Assembly: GCA_965367675.1 (NCBI GenBank)
Contig: CBDUJZ010000009.1
Location: 2,488-66,487, forward strand
From: an uncultured Myxococcales bacterium
GTDB lineage: Bacteria > Myxococcota_A > Bradymonadia > REDH01
Direction of reading: 5' to 3'
DNA length: 64,000 nt
The notes below the pieces were generated by a model, which was not told the origin of the DNA, searched no databases, and saw only the letters and a list, made by a program, of their open reading frames with translations. Within the stretch, counting starts at the first letter, position 1, and each line of letters opens with the position of its first letter. Position numbers and translations under genes: made by a program. Below are positions 40,245-50,095 of this stretch, piece after piece.

Positions 40245-41108
40245 TCAGTCCGCGTCCAGGTGGCGGCGGACGGCGGCAATAAACGCGTCGGGGCATTCGC
40301 GGTGAATGAAGTGGCCGGCGGGCAGGGCGACGTGTGCGTCCGCGGGAAGGGTGCGCGCGGCGTGCGCCATCACCGATTGGCCCATGCAGCCGTCTTCGAG
40401 GCCCGAGATGAGCATCAGCGGGGCTTGGATTGGGCCGAGGGCCGCGCGCCGCGTGGCGTGGTCGCGGGCGATGGCGCGGGGCAGGGCGCGGTAGTATCCG
40501 AGGGCGGCGCGGAGTGACCCGGGGGCTCGGTACGCGCGCTTCACCGGCTCCAGGTCGTCGGCGGTGAACGACCAGCTGGGGGACCACCGGCGCCACAGCT
40601 GCTCGACGGGTTGAAAGTCGTTGCGGGCGAGCGCGGCCTCGGCGATCCGAGGGGCCTGAAACGCGGCCATGTAGGCGCTGCGCCAAAGCTGTTTGGGGTC
40701 TCGCGCGCCGAGCACACTCGCGGGCGGCGGGACGGCGGCGAGCACGACGCGTCGAATGCGGTCGGGGAACAGGGCTGCGGCGGTGTAGGCGGCTACGGCG
40801 CCCCAGTCGTGCCCGACGACGTCGACGGATTCAGCCTCGAGTTGGTCCGCGAACGCGACCACGTCTTCGGCGAGCGCGCGGACGTCGAAACGGCCGTTCG
40901 CGGGCACCGATGATGGGGCGATGCCGCGCATGAACGGCGCCGCCACGTAGCGTCCGTCGTTGGCGAGCGCCGCGCGCAGGTCGTCGAACGTGTGGGCCGT
41001 GTCCGGGAACCCGTGGAGCAGCAGCGTGGGCCGTCCGGTGGGCGGTCCGCTGACGCGCGCGGCGCAGCGCCAGTCGGGCAGTTCCCACGTGAGGGTGTCG
41101 TTGGGCAT
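40245..41108 (-). CDS. Alpha/beta-fold hydrolase
   Basis: HGFPD oxyanion region and the nucleophile elbow GHDWG. Start at an internal ATG (MPNDTLTWELP...). Confidence 0.8.
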   Translation of the reverse strand: MPNDTLTWELPDWRCAARVSGPPTGRPTLLLHGFPDTAHTFDDLRAALANDGRYVAAPFMRGIAPSSVPANGRFDVRALAEDVVAFADQLEAESVDVVGHDWGAVAAYTAAALFPDRIRRVVLAAVPPPASVLGARDPKQLWRSAYMAAFQAPRIAEAALARNDFQPVEQLWRRWSPSWSFTADDLEPVKRAYRAPGSLRAALGYYRALPRAIARDHATRRAALGPIQAPLMLISGLEDGCMGQSVMAHAARTLPADAHVALPAGHFIHRECPDAFIAAVRRHLDAD

Positions 41109-41251
41109 GGACGGTGGTGGCGCGTGGGCCGCGGAGGCGAAACGGCTCGGGCGGCATAGGTTAGACGCGTGGGGCCGCGGTGCACGCAAGTCGCGGAATC
41201 GGTGGACGAGCGGGCTTGCATCTTGGTCCATAACTTGGTCATTCTGCGGCC

Positions 41252-41890
41252 ATGAACGACGTGCAACAGGTGCTGTTTACCGGCTTCGAAACGTTCGCAG
41301 ACCATGCGTGGAACCCGTCGGGAGACGTGGCTGCTTCGGCGGCGGCGGCGTTCGGCGTTGGCGCAGAGTCGCGGGTGCTACCGGTCACCTTTGAGACTGC
41401 GCGTAAGTTTCCGTCTACGCTGAAGAATCAGCGCATGGTGGTGTGTGTGGGCCTGTCGCGCCGCAAGCGCGTGGAGGTCGAGTTGATGGCCAAAAACGTG
41501 GCCAACGATGTGCCCGACAACGCCGGTGTGGCTGGCCCGTTTACGCTCGAAGCGCAGGGCCCGGACGTGTGCGTTTCTCGGCTCGCTCCGGCGTTGGCGC
41601 GGCAGCTGAAACTGGAGGTCGGCGATGGCGTTGGGACGTCGGAGGACGCGGGCGGATACGTGTGCAACGCGCTTTACTACGCGTGTCTGCGGGCGGCCGA
41701 CGCCGGTGCGCCGCCAGCGGTCTTCGTGCACGTCCCGGCGTTCTCTACCGAGGCCGCAGCGTCGTTTGGCGAGCGACTGGGGAACGCGGTCCGAGCGCTG
41801 CTGGCCGATGCGAACGCGCCGGATTGCGTGGCCTCGGACCGGGTTGCGTCGCCGGCCGCGGGCAAGTCGGCCGCGGACACGCGAGCGTGA
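41252..41890 (+). CDS. pcp: Pyroglutamyl-peptidase I (peptidase C15)
   Basis: VLFTGFETF N-terminal motif, catalytic Cys region (GGYVCNALYY) and His (VFVHVP). Confidence 0.85.
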   Translation: MNDVQQVLFTGFETFADHAWNPSGDVAASAAAAFGVGAESRVLPVTFETARKFPSTLKNQRMVVCVGLSRRKRVEVELMAKNVANDVPDNAGVAGPFTLEAQGPDVCVSRLAPALARQLKLEVGDGVGTSEDAGGYVCNALYYACLRAADAGAPPAVFVHVPAFSTEAAASFGERLGNAVRALLADANAPDCVASDRVASPAAGKSAADTRA

Positions 41891-41891
41891 G

Positions 41892-42212
41892 CTACTCCTC
41901 GATCTTCTTCCAGCGGTCGGCGTCGCGTGAGGCCACCTTGGCGAGGTTCGCGGCGACCACGTCCTCCAGGTCGATGTCCATCGAGTTCGCCAGCGTGACG
42001 ACCGTGAACAAGATGTCGCCGAGCTCGGCTGCGATCGACCCCTCGGACTCGGAGGCTTTCTTGGTCTTCGGCCCGTGCTGGTGATTGATCTCGCGGGCCA
42101 ACTCGCCGACCTCTTCGGTCAAACGCGCGAGGTTCGCGAGCGGGGGCCAGTAGCCGGCCTCGAACTGGCTGATCCAGTCGTCGATGGCGGTCTGAAGCTC
42201 TCGGATGTGCAT
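41892..42212 (-). CDS. MazG-like nucleotide pyrophosphohydrolase (small, single-domain)
   Basis: EEVGELAREI...ELGDILFTVVTLAN MazG/NTP-PPase EExxE motifs. Start at an internal ATG. Confidence 0.7.
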   Translation of the reverse strand: MHIRELQTAIDDWISQFEAGYWPPLANLARLTEEVGELAREINHQHGPKTKKASESEGSIAAELGDILFTVVTLANSMDIDLEDVVAANLAKVASRDADRWKKIEE

Positions 42213-42275
42213 CGGTCTCGGGGGGCGGATCGGTTGGATGGCTCGGTGCATACCGCGCGGCCGCGTGGGCTCGCA

Positions 42276-45191
42276 ATGGAGTCACCGCGCCACAATCGAA
42301 CAGGCACAGGGAGCCGTGTGCGACGGGCTTCGGTCGCCGGCGCTGTGGCCCGGTGTACGCTGGTGATCGCGCTCCTATTGGCGTCCGCGACGGCGTCGGC
42401 CGAGGGCATCTACGCGCAGCGTTGGACGGACTGGGCGACGACGCATTTTCGGGTGCATGCGCACGCGTCTGTGGCGCCGCTGGGCGCAGACGTGCGCGAC
42501 ATGATGGAGCAGGCGTACACGGTGGTGACCGAGCGCTTTGGCTGGGCGCCGCGCGGGCGCGTGCACGTGGTGATCGAGGACCAAACCGACAGCGCGAACG
42601 GCGTCGCGAGCACCGCGCCGTGGAACGACATCCGGCTGTACGCGGTGCCGCCCACGCACGACAGCACGCTGGGCTACTACGACAACTGGATGTGGAACCT
42701 CGTGGTCCACGAGTACACGCACATTGTGCATCTGGACCGGGTGGAGGGCATCCCGAAGCTGGTGAACACGCTGCTCGAGGCCGAGCTGTCGCCGGGCCAT
42801 ACGATCCCGCGCTGGTTCATCGAGGGCCTCGCCACGTGGTTCGAGTCTGACGTGACCGGCACCGGGCGGTTGAACAGCGCATATATGGATGCGTACTGGC
42901 GCGCGGCGGCGCTCGACGGCACGTATCCGACCATGGGCGACCTGTCTGGCAGCAGCATCGACTGGCCGTTCGGCACGGGCTGGTACCTGTATGGCGGGCA
43001 CTTCATCGACACGCTGGTGGACCGCGTGGGCTTCGACGCGGTGGCGCGTTATCTGGATGTCTATAGCCGGCAGGTGATCCCGTATCGGGTGGATTCGCTG
43101 GCGAAGAAGGTCATGGGCGTGAGCCTGATCGCGCTGTGGCCGGAGATGCACGCCGAGCAGGCGGGGAGGGCGCACGCGGACGCGTTGGTGTCGCGGATTC
43201 TGGGCGGCGGTGCGTACGAGCGGGTCACGCGCGGCGGCAACCAATCGCGGTTTGTGACCGTGGACCCGGACGGCGCGTTGGCGTGGATTGAAGACGACGC
43301 GACCGAGTCGGCGGCGATCGTTACGTCGGCGTTCCGCGTGGACCTCGACGCCAGCGGCGAGTTCGACTTTTTGGCGCCTGATCGTGTGGTCATCGACCAG
43401 CCGCATCAGGTGTCGCGGTACTTCTCGTTTCGCGATCTGTACGAACTCGACCTGCGCACCGGGAGCTCGCGCGCGATCACTTGGGGGGCGCGGGCGAGGG
43501 AGCCGCGGGTGGGGCCTGACAACCGTCGCGTGGCGTTCTCTAGCGTGTCGGTCGGGCGCGCCAATATCGCCGTGCTCGACTTGGACACCGGCGAAGTGAC
43601 GCAGGTTTTTGAGGCGGAAGCGTGGGGGCAGGCGACGTCGCCGGATTGGGTGGACGCGGATCACATCGTGTTCTCGTACCTGCGTCCGGGACACGGCCGA
43701 GACTTGTACGTGCTCGACCTGCGCGAGGGCGCCGCGGTGCCCCTGCGGCAGCTCACCCACGATGGCGCTGTGGCGGTCGACCCGTTTGTGGTGGACGGCG
43801 CCGTGTTGTTCAGCTCGGACCGCGACGGCATTCACAACTTGTACGCCATTCCGATCGATGGCGGCGACACACGGCGGCTGACGCGGGTCGATACGGGCGC
43901 GTTTTCACCGGTGCTTGCGGGCGACACGCTGGCGTTCGGCGTGGTCGGAGGCGCGGGCTTTGATATCGGTCAGTTGCGCATGGCCTCGGCGCCGCTCGAC
44001 GCTCCACTGGCCGGCCCCGTGACGCACCCTATGCGCCCGGTTCCGCCGCCGGCCATCGACCTCGCGGCCGTGCGGGCAACGCCGGAGCGTCGCCGCGCTT
44101 CGATTCGCGCGATGCGGCGGCCGGACTGGACGCCGCAGCTCGGCTTGAGCGGGTTTTCGTCTGCGGTAGGCCTGCAACTGGCCAGCTCGGACGCTCCCGG
44201 GGTGAACGCTTTTGACGCGACGCTGCAGTGGTCGTTCGAGCACATGCAGCCGGTGGGATACGTGGGATTCACCACCCGCCGTCTGCCCATCCCGATTGGG
44301 CTCAGCGTGTCGCGCGGCTTGGTGGTGCGCGACCGCAGCCTGGTGCGGGCCAGCCGCTACGTCCCGTATCTGGAGCAGCGTATCGACGCGTCGATCGGCA
44401 CCACCATCATCTTCCCGCGCCTGGGTTCCACCCATGGCCTGTCGTTCTCGTACTCCGCCAATTGGCATGGGATCCTGGACGAGCCGGAGGTCGCGCCGTC
44501 GCCGGTGGACATCACGCCGCAGTCGCCGGAGTACCGCCGGTTCAACGCGCTGCGCACGAGCTGGGGCTGGTCGCGGGTTCGTCGGTACGGCCGCTCGTTC
44601 ACCCGCGAAGAGGGAACCTCTGTCGACGTCTCGTTTCTGCTGCGTTCGGCGCTGATCGGCGCCCAGGTAGAATCGGGTGAGCTGACCGCTGGCGTGGCGC
44701 ACTACGCGGAGCTGCCGTGGGGCCATGTGCTGGCGATGCGCGCATCCGGCGGCATCGCCGACGCCGCTACCATCGGGCCGCGGACCTTCACGCTCGGCGG
44801 GCTCGGCACCCACGATGTGTTTCTGGCGCTATACGAGTCTGCGCCGGAAGGGACGGCCCACATCCGCGGATATCGGCCCGGCATTCGGAGCGGAAATCGG
44901 TTCTATCGCGGGCAGCTGGAGTACCGCATGCCGGTGGCGAATCTGGGCGCTGGCTCGGGCACGCTGCCGGTGTATCTGGAGCGCCTGCACGCGGCGGTCT
45001 TCTTGGACACCGGCGACGCCACATCCGACCGCGTGCGCTTTCGCGAGGCGTTGGTCGGGATGGGCGCCGAGCTGCGGTTGTCGACGGTGATGGGCTACTC
45101 GCAGGCGGCTGATTTTCGGCTGGGCTTCGCGCGCGGCGTCGGCGCGGACGGCATCTGGGACGCGTATCTTTTGTACGGGTTCGAGTACTGA
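42276..45191 (+). CDS. Large secreted fusion protein: Peptidase_MA_2 (HExxH...E) domain + TolB-like beta-propeller + C-terminal outer-membrane beta-barrel (Omp85/surface-antigen-like)
   Basis: Signal peptide (LVIALLLASATASAEG). HEYTHIVH...PRWFIEGLATWFES zincin motif, repeated propeller blades (PDGALAWIED, GPDNRRVAFSSV, SPDWVDADHIVFSY, HDGAVAVDPFV, SDRDGIHNLYAI) and a C-terminal amphipathic beta-strand region ending ...LLYGFEY with an aromatic terminus. Confidence 0.8.
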   Translation: MESPRHNRTGTGSRVRRASVAGAVARCTLVIALLLASATASAEGIYAQRWTDWATTHFRVHAHASVAPLGADVRDMMEQAYTVVTERFGWAPRGRVHVVIEDQTDSANGVASTAPWNDIRLYAVPPTHDSTLGYYDNWMWNLVVHEYTHIVHLDRVEGIPKLVNTLLEAELSPGHTIPRWFIEGLATWFESDVTGTGRLNSAYMDAYWRAAALDGTYPTMGDLSGSSIDWPFGTGWYLYGGHFIDTLVDRVGFDAVARYLDVYSRQVIPYRVDSLAKKVMGVSLIALWPEMHAEQAGRAHADALVSRILGGGAYERVTRGGNQSRFVTVDPDGALAWIEDDATESAAIVTSAFRVDLDASGEFDFLAPDRVVIDQPHQVSRYFSFRDLYELDLRTGSSRAITWGARAREPRVGPDNRRVAFSSVSVGRANIAVLDLDTGEVTQVFEAEAWGQATSPDWVDADHIVFSYLRPGHGRDLYVLDLREGAAVPLRQLTHDGAVAVDPFVVDGAVLFSSDRDGIHNLYAIPIDGGDTRRLTRVDTGAFSPVLAGDTLAFGVVGGAGFDIGQLRMASAPLDAPLAGPVTHPMRPVPPPAIDLAAVRATPERRRASIRAMRRPDWTPQLGLSGFSSAVGLQLASSDAPGVNAFDATLQWSFEHMQPVGYVGFTTRRLPIPIGLSVSRGLVVRDRSLVRASRYVPYLEQRIDASIGTTIIFPRLGSTHGLSFSYSANWHGILDEPEVAPSPVDITPQSPEYRRFNALRTSWGWSRVRRYGRSFTREEGTSVDVSFLLRSALIGAQVESGELTAGVAHYAELPWGHVLAMRASGGIADAATIGPRTFTLGGLGTHDVFLALYESAPEGTAHIRGYRPGIRSGNRFYRGQLEYRMPVANLGAGSGTLPVYLERLHAAVFLDTGDATSDRVRFREALVGMGAELRLSTVMGYSQAADFRLGFARGVGADGIWDAYLLYGFEY

Positions 45192-45193
45192 CG

Positions 45194-45289
45194 CCGCCGC
45201 CTTTGCGTGCTTCCGCGGCGCCGCCTTTGCGTGCTTCCGCGGCGCCGCCCTTGCGTGCTTCCGCGTCGCCGCCCTTGCGTGCTTCCGCG
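45194..45289. repeat. Four tandem 24-bp direct repeats (CGCCGCCTTTGCGTGCTTCCGCGG x2, then CGCCGCCCTTGCGTGCTTCCGCGT x2)
   Basis: Read directly from the sequence. Starts 3 nt after the stop of the 42276..45191 gene, about 120 bp upstream of the DUF2330 gene. Confidence 0.85.
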
Positions 45290-45412
45290 TCGCCGAGCGC
45301 AACGGGCGCGTAGGTGCTTTCTCTGATCTTCGAGTCCGGCTAGCGTGCGTGTCTACGCAGAAACAGGTTACGTCGATTGGGTCACACGGGTGGGCCAAAC
45401 CAGGGGAGCTTC

Positions 45413-47017
45413 ATGGGTCTATCGATTGTCCGCTCGGCGCTTGCCGTTGGCGCCATTTTCGCCGTTAGCACGCTCGCGTCGCCTGCAGCGGAGGCCTGCG
45501 GTGGCCTGTTCTGCTCTATCCCGCCCACCGAGGTGCCCACGGCGCCGGAGCCGGTGGACCAGACGGCGGAGCGCATCATCTTTGAGGTCTTCGAGGACAC
45601 GGTCACGGCGCACGTACAGGTGTCGTACTTTGGTCCGGCGAGCGACTTCGCGTGGATCGTGCCGGTGCCCGAGGGGACCACAGTCGCGGAGTCGAGCGCG
45701 GGCTTGTTCGACACCGTCGCCGCGGGTAGCGCCATGAACGTGGTGCTGCCCGCGGCGGAGCAGTGCCCGGCGCCTGTCGGTTCGGGCGGTGGTCGCGGGC
45801 CGGCTTTCGGGTGCACCGCAGATGCCGCGTCGGCCACCGCAGAGGGCGGCGACGGGGTCCGGAGTCCAGACGGAATGTCACCGGTGACGGTCTACGCATC
45901 CGGCGCGACCGAGAATTACGAGTACAGCATCATCGGCGCGGCGCGGGCGAGCGACCTCGTCGACTGGCTGCGCGTGAATCGGTTCAATGTGTCGGACAAT
46001 ATGACGCCTGTGATGCAGCCTTATAGCGACGAAGGCATGCAGTACCTGGCGGTCAAGCTGCGCGAGGGCCGTGAGGCGACCAACATTGTACCGCTCGCGA
46101 TGACCTATCCTGGCGTGGAGCCCATGATTCCGATTCGGCTTACGGCGGTGGCCGCGCAGCCGCTGATGGGGATCCAAGTTTGGATCTTTGGTGACGCCCC
46201 GTATGTGCCGACCAACTATGCCATGACCGAGCCCGAAGACACGGAGATCGTGTCCGATGAGCTCGGCAACACGAGCTACTACGAGTGGGTCGCCCGTGAG
46301 GTGGCGGAGTCGGCGGGCCGCCTCTGGATCGCCGAGTACATGGGGGAGAATCAGACGGGGACGTTGCGCGGGCACGACGTGGTCTCACGTTATTATACGC
46401 GCATGAATCCGGGCAGCATGACGGTCGACCCGGTGTTCGCGGTGGCCAACAACGCGCCGCCTGTGAACAGCACCCTGGACCTGTCCTGGCAGCCCACCCC
46501 CTTTACGTGCGGCGGCGTCGACATGTCGCGCGTCCCGTCGGCGTGCGGCTTCAACTACTGCGGCCTGGGCGCGGTGTGCTCGGTCGACAACGGGCGCGTC
46601 GGGTGCCTGTGTCGCGAGGGCGAAGTGGCGCAGTCGATCACGGGGCCGGACGGCACGCGCAAGGTCACGTGCGGGCCGGCGGTAAACCCGTTCGGTGTGA
46701 CGGCCGAGGCGGGCGGCGTGGGCACCGAGTTTGACCCGTGCGCCGATGTGGTCTGCGGATTGGGCGAATGTGTCGTGCGCGGCGGCTTCCCGACGTGCGA
46801 TTGCAATACCGGCGCGATCGCCTGCTTGGAGCCCGGAGGGGTGGTGTGCGTCGCGGCGACGGCGGGCGCGGAGACGTTCGGGCCGGGCGCTGGTAACGAG
46901 GCGTCGCCGACGGTTGTGGCGAGCATCGAGCAGCCGGTCCGTACATGGTACGCGGCGCTGGTTGGCCCCATGCTGTTTGCTGGCATTCTGCTCGGGCTCC
47001 GACGCCGCGCCGTTTAA
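45413..47017 (+). CDS. DUF2330 family secreted protein with EGF-like Cys-rich C-terminal repeats and a C-terminal transmembrane anchor
   Basis: Signal peptide followed by the ACGGLFC motif typical of DUF2330. C-terminal CxxGxC repeats (CGLGAVCSVDNGRVGCLC, CGLGECVVRGGFPTCDC). Terminal hydrophobic helix plus RRRAV. Confidence 0.8.
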   Translation: MGLSIVRSALAVGAIFAVSTLASPAAEACGGLFCSIPPTEVPTAPEPVDQTAERIIFEVFEDTVTAHVQVSYFGPASDFAWIVPVPEGTTVAESSAGLFDTVAAGSAMNVVLPAAEQCPAPVGSGGGRGPAFGCTADAASATAEGGDGVRSPDGMSPVTVYASGATENYEYSIIGAARASDLVDWLRVNRFNVSDNMTPVMQPYSDEGMQYLAVKLREGREATNIVPLAMTYPGVEPMIPIRLTAVAAQPLMGIQVWIFGDAPYVPTNYAMTEPEDTEIVSDELGNTSYYEWVAREVAESAGRLWIAEYMGENQTGTLRGHDVVSRYYTRMNPGSMTVDPVFAVANNAPPVNSTLDLSWQPTPFTCGGVDMSRVPSACGFNYCGLGAVCSVDNGRVGCLCREGEVAQSITGPDGTRKVTCGPAVNPFGVTAEAGGVGTEFDPCADVVCGLGECVVRGGFPTCDCNTGAIACLEPGGVVCVAATAGAETFGPGAGNEASPTVVASIEQPVRTWYAALVGPMLFAGILLGLRRRAV

Positions 47018-47053
47018 CTGGTAGCGTTTGGCGCGCGACGCGTGATCTCGGCT

Positions 47054-47082
47054 TGACAGGCTGCGCGGGCTCCGCTTAGAAG
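47054..47082 (+). promoter_or_regulatory. Candidate sigma70-type promoter for rpsO (TTGACA-17-TTAGAA)
   Basis: -35 hexamer TTGACA, 17-bp spacer and a weak -10, about 70 bp upstream of the rpsO ATG. Confidence 0.25.
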
Positions 47083-47150
47083 CGCCGTCCCGTACGGGCG
47101 CTCACCATGGAAGGGCGCCGTACACCCCTCTTCACCTTTGCGAGACCCCC

Positions 47151-47432
47151 ATGGCACTCGATACCCAAGCAAAGGCTGAGCTCATCGCGCAAATGCAAAA
47201 GCGCTTTGGCCTGGCCGACAACGATACTGGCTCTTCCGAGGTTCAGATCGCGATTCTCACGAACCGCATCACGTACCTCACCGAGCACTTCCGTACCCAC
47301 AAGCACGACCACCACTCGCGCCGCGGCTTGCTTAAGCTCGTCGGTCAGCGTCGTCGTCTGCTCGACTACGTGAAGAAGAACGACTTGGCGCGCTACCGCG
47401 AGGTTCTCGCGGAGCTCGGACTGCGCAAGTAG
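47151..47432 (+). CDS. rpsO: 30S ribosomal protein S15
   Basis: [78 protein letters not shown], a highly conserved S15 sequence. Confidence 0.95.
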   Translation: MALDTQAKAELIAQMQKRFGLADNDTGSSEVQIAILTNRITYLTEHFRTHKHDHHSRRGLLKLVGQRRRLLDYVKKNDLARYREVLAELGLRK

Positions 47433-47480
47433 TCCCGCCTACGAACCGCTCGGTGTAACGCCGCGGTTTGTATCGGTTCA

Positions 47481-47527
47481 CCACAGCGGCGATAGGCTCC
47501 GGCCCATCGCCGCTGTGGCGTTTTTGG
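47481..47527 (+). terminator. Rho-independent terminator / processing hairpin in the rpsO-pnp intergenic region
   Basis: 13-bp stem CCACAGCGGCGAT...ATCGCCGCTGTGG followed by CGTTTTTGG. The rpsO terminator with readthrough into pnp is a classic arrangement. Confidence 0.6.
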
Positions 47528-47765
47528 CGAATGTGGTGTAGGGAAGCCGAACGTCGCACACGCGAACGCCTTTGATAGGCACGCAGCGGCGGATCAACAT
47601 AACCACTCAGCGAGCGCCGTTCTGATTGCGCAGCCTGTACTGGAGCCCACGACCGGAAGCCAACTCGGCGCGTCGCGGCCTGCACTACATGCTTCGAACG
47701 GGACGGTGATTCGCCAGATGCCGATGGTCGGCGCTGGCGTTTCGTTGAGACATCCCGAGGAGCAT

Positions 47766-49883
47766 ATGCTCAACGTACATCGTCTTACCGCGAAGGTCGG
47801 ACACCACGAAATTACGCTCGAAACCGGTCGCCTTGCCAAGCAAGCTGGCGGTTCGATTCTCATCTCCACCGGCGACTCGATGATGCTTGTGACGGCCTGC
47901 ACGGGCCCGCACAACCCGTCGGCACGCTTCTTCCCGATGGTCGTCGACTACGTCGAGAAGCAGTACGCGGCTGGCCGCATCCCCGGTGGTTTCCTCAAGC
48001 GTGAGGCCCGTCTTCGCGACCACGAGATCCTCGTGAGCCGCATGACGGACCGCCCGATTCGCCCGCTGTTCCCGGAAGGCTACAAGGGCGACACGCAGAT
48101 CACCGCGACCGTGCTCTCGCACGACGGCGGCGAGCAGGACACGGACGTGCTCTGCATCACCGCGGCTTCGGCGGCGCTCATGCTCAGCGACGCCCCGTTC
48201 GAGGGCCCGATCGCCGGCGTTCGCGTTGCTCGCTGCAACGGTGAGTTCATCGCGAACCCGTCCACGACGCAGCTCGAAGGCGCCGACCTCAACATCATGA
48301 TGGCCGCGTCCAAGGACGCGATCGTGATGGTCGAAGGTGAGGCCAAGGAAGTCGGCGAGGACGTGCTCATGGACGCGCTCGACTTCGGTCAGGACGCCGT
48401 TCAGGGCATCCTCGACCTGCAGATCAAGCTGCAAGAGCTTGCCGGTCGCCCGAAGCAGGTCTTCGAGCCCGCGACGCTCGACGCCAACGTCAAGAAGGCT
48501 GTCGCCAAGTTCGTCGGCAAGCGCATCGAAGAAGTGCTCAAGGTCAGCGAGAAGATCGCGCGCTACGCCGCGATCGACGCCCTCAAGGCTGAGGTCAAAG
48601 CGCACTTCGCCGAGACCGCGCCTGATCAGTTGGACGAGGCCAAGGCGGCCTTCGACGAGATCAAGAGCGAGACGATGCGCAACTGGGTCCTCAAGGACAG
48701 CCGCCGCATCGACGGCCGTGGCCTCAAGGACATCCGCAACATCTGGACCGAGGTCGGCTCGCTGCCCCGCGTCCACGGCTCCGCCATCTTCACCCGTGGC
48801 GAGACCCAAGCGCTCGTCACCACCACGCTCGGCACCGAGCGCGACGCGAAGATGGAAGACGGCCTGATGGGCAAGCGCGACGAGCGCGTCATGCTCCACT
48901 ACAACTTCCCGGCGTTCTCCGTCGGCGAGATCAAGATGCTCCGCGGCCCCGGCCGTCGTGAGGTCGGACACGGCTTCCTCGCCCGTCGCGGCATCGAAGC
49001 GGTCCTCCCGTCCTTCGAGGATTTCCCGTACGTCATCCGTCTCGTCTCCGAAGTGCTCGAGTCCAACGGCTCGTCGTCCATGGCGACGGCTTGCGGTAGC
49101 TCGCTCGCGCTCATGGACGCCGGTGTCCCGATCAAGGCGCCCGTCGCCGGTATCGCGATGGGCCTCATCGCCGAGGGCAAGAAGTTCCGAATCCTCTCCG
49201 ACATCCTCGGTGACGAGGACCACCTCGGCGACATGGACTTCAAGGTCTTGGGTACCGAGCGCGGCCTCACCGCCGTGCAGATGGACATCAAGGTCAAGGG
49301 CCTCCCGAAGAAGGTCATGGCCGACGCCCTCAACCAGGCGAAGGAAGGCCGTCTCCACATCTTGAACGAGATGTCGAAGACGATCGAGGAGCCCCGCGAC
49401 GACCTCTCCGAGTACGCGCCGCGAATCACCACCATCAAGATCAGCGTTGACCGCATCCGCGACGTCATCGGTTCCGGTGGTAAGACCATCCGCTCCATCC
49501 AGGAGCGCACGGGCTGCTCGATCAACGTCGAAGACGACGGCACGATCAAGGTCGCGTCCTCGGACAAGACCGCCGCGCTCGAAGCCATCGCGATCATCGA
49601 GTCGCTTACGGCCGAGCCCATCGTCGGCGAGATCTACCTCGGTCAGGTTGCCAAGATCACCGACTTCGGTGCCTTCGTCACCATCCTCCCGAACGTGGAC
49701 GGCCTGTGCCACATCTCCGAGCTCACCGAAGAGCGCGTGGATCGCGTCGAGGACATCTGTAAGGAAGGCGACGAGATCGTCGTCAAGTGCACCGGCGTCG
49801 AGCGTAACGGTAAGATTCGCCTGTCGCGTAAGGATGCGCTCGGCCAAGAGCCGACCATCCATGGCCTCAAGATCGAGTCCTAA
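47766..49883 (+). CDS. pnp: Polyribonucleotide nucleotidyltransferase (PNPase)
   Basis: Two RNase PH domains plus KH and S1 domains ([46 protein letters not shown]). Start at an internal ATG ([12 protein letters not shown]...). Confidence 0.95.
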   Translation: MLNVHRLTAKVGHHEITLETGRLAKQAGGSILISTGDSMMLVTACTGPHNPSARFFPMVVDYVEKQYAAGRIPGGFLKREARLRDHEILVSRMTDRPIRPLFPEGYKGDTQITATVLSHDGGEQDTDVLCITAASAALMLSDAPFEGPIAGVRVARCNGEFIANPSTTQLEGADLNIMMAASKDAIVMVEGEAKEVGEDVLMDALDFGQDAVQGILDLQIKLQELAGRPKQVFEPATLDANVKKAVAKFVGKRIEEVLKVSEKIARYAAIDALKAEVKAHFAETAPDQLDEAKAAFDEIKSETMRNWVLKDSRRIDGRGLKDIRNIWTEVGSLPRVHGSAIFTRGETQALVTTTLGTERDAKMEDGLMGKRDERVMLHYNFPAFSVGEIKMLRGPGRREVGHGFLARRGIEAVLPSFEDFPYVIRLVSEVLESNGSSSMATACGSSLALMDAGVPIKAPVAGIAMGLIAEGKKFRILSDILGDEDHLGDMDFKVLGTERGLTAVQMDIKVKGLPKKVMADALNQAKEGRLHILNEMSKTIEEPRDDLSEYAPRITTIKISVDRIRDVIGSGGKTIRSIQERTGCSINVEDDGTIKVASSDKTAALEAIAIIESLTAEPIVGEIYLGQVAKITDFGAFVTILPNVDGLCHISELTEERVDRVEDICKEGDEIVVKCTGVERNGKIRLSRKDALGQEPTIHGLKIES

Positions 49884-49936
49884 GACTCTCGGCTAGGCCC
49901 GCGGTACACGCCGCGAGCCCCGCTACCGAATACGTT

Positions 49937-49967
49937 GAACGGGCGTCCGCATGTCGGGCGCCCGTTC
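49937..49967 (+). terminator. Hairpin GAACGGGCG...CGCCCGTTC downstream of pnp
   Basis: 9-bp perfect stem, about 55 nt after the pnp stop. Weak T-tract. Confidence 0.35.
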
Positions 49968-50095
49968 TGCGTTCGTGCTGCACAGCGCTGCACAGCGCCG
50001 GACAGCGCCGCCGAGTACCGCGGGCTGGCATCGGTCGAAGCGCTGCTCCGCGCGTCGGCCAAGTTGAGCTGGGCGTGGGGAAGGGGAGCTGGGGC

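Noticed and set aside
45194-45289. Possibility that the tandem repeats are a CRISPR array
   Set aside because: The units are contiguous with no spacers, only four copies are present, and no cas genes are nearby.
44829-45398. Minus-strand ORF translating the 24-bp tandem repeats as KHA(R/K)AA repeats
   Set aside because: It is antisense to the end of the large protease/barrel gene and is produced purely by the repeat periodicity. It has no start context.
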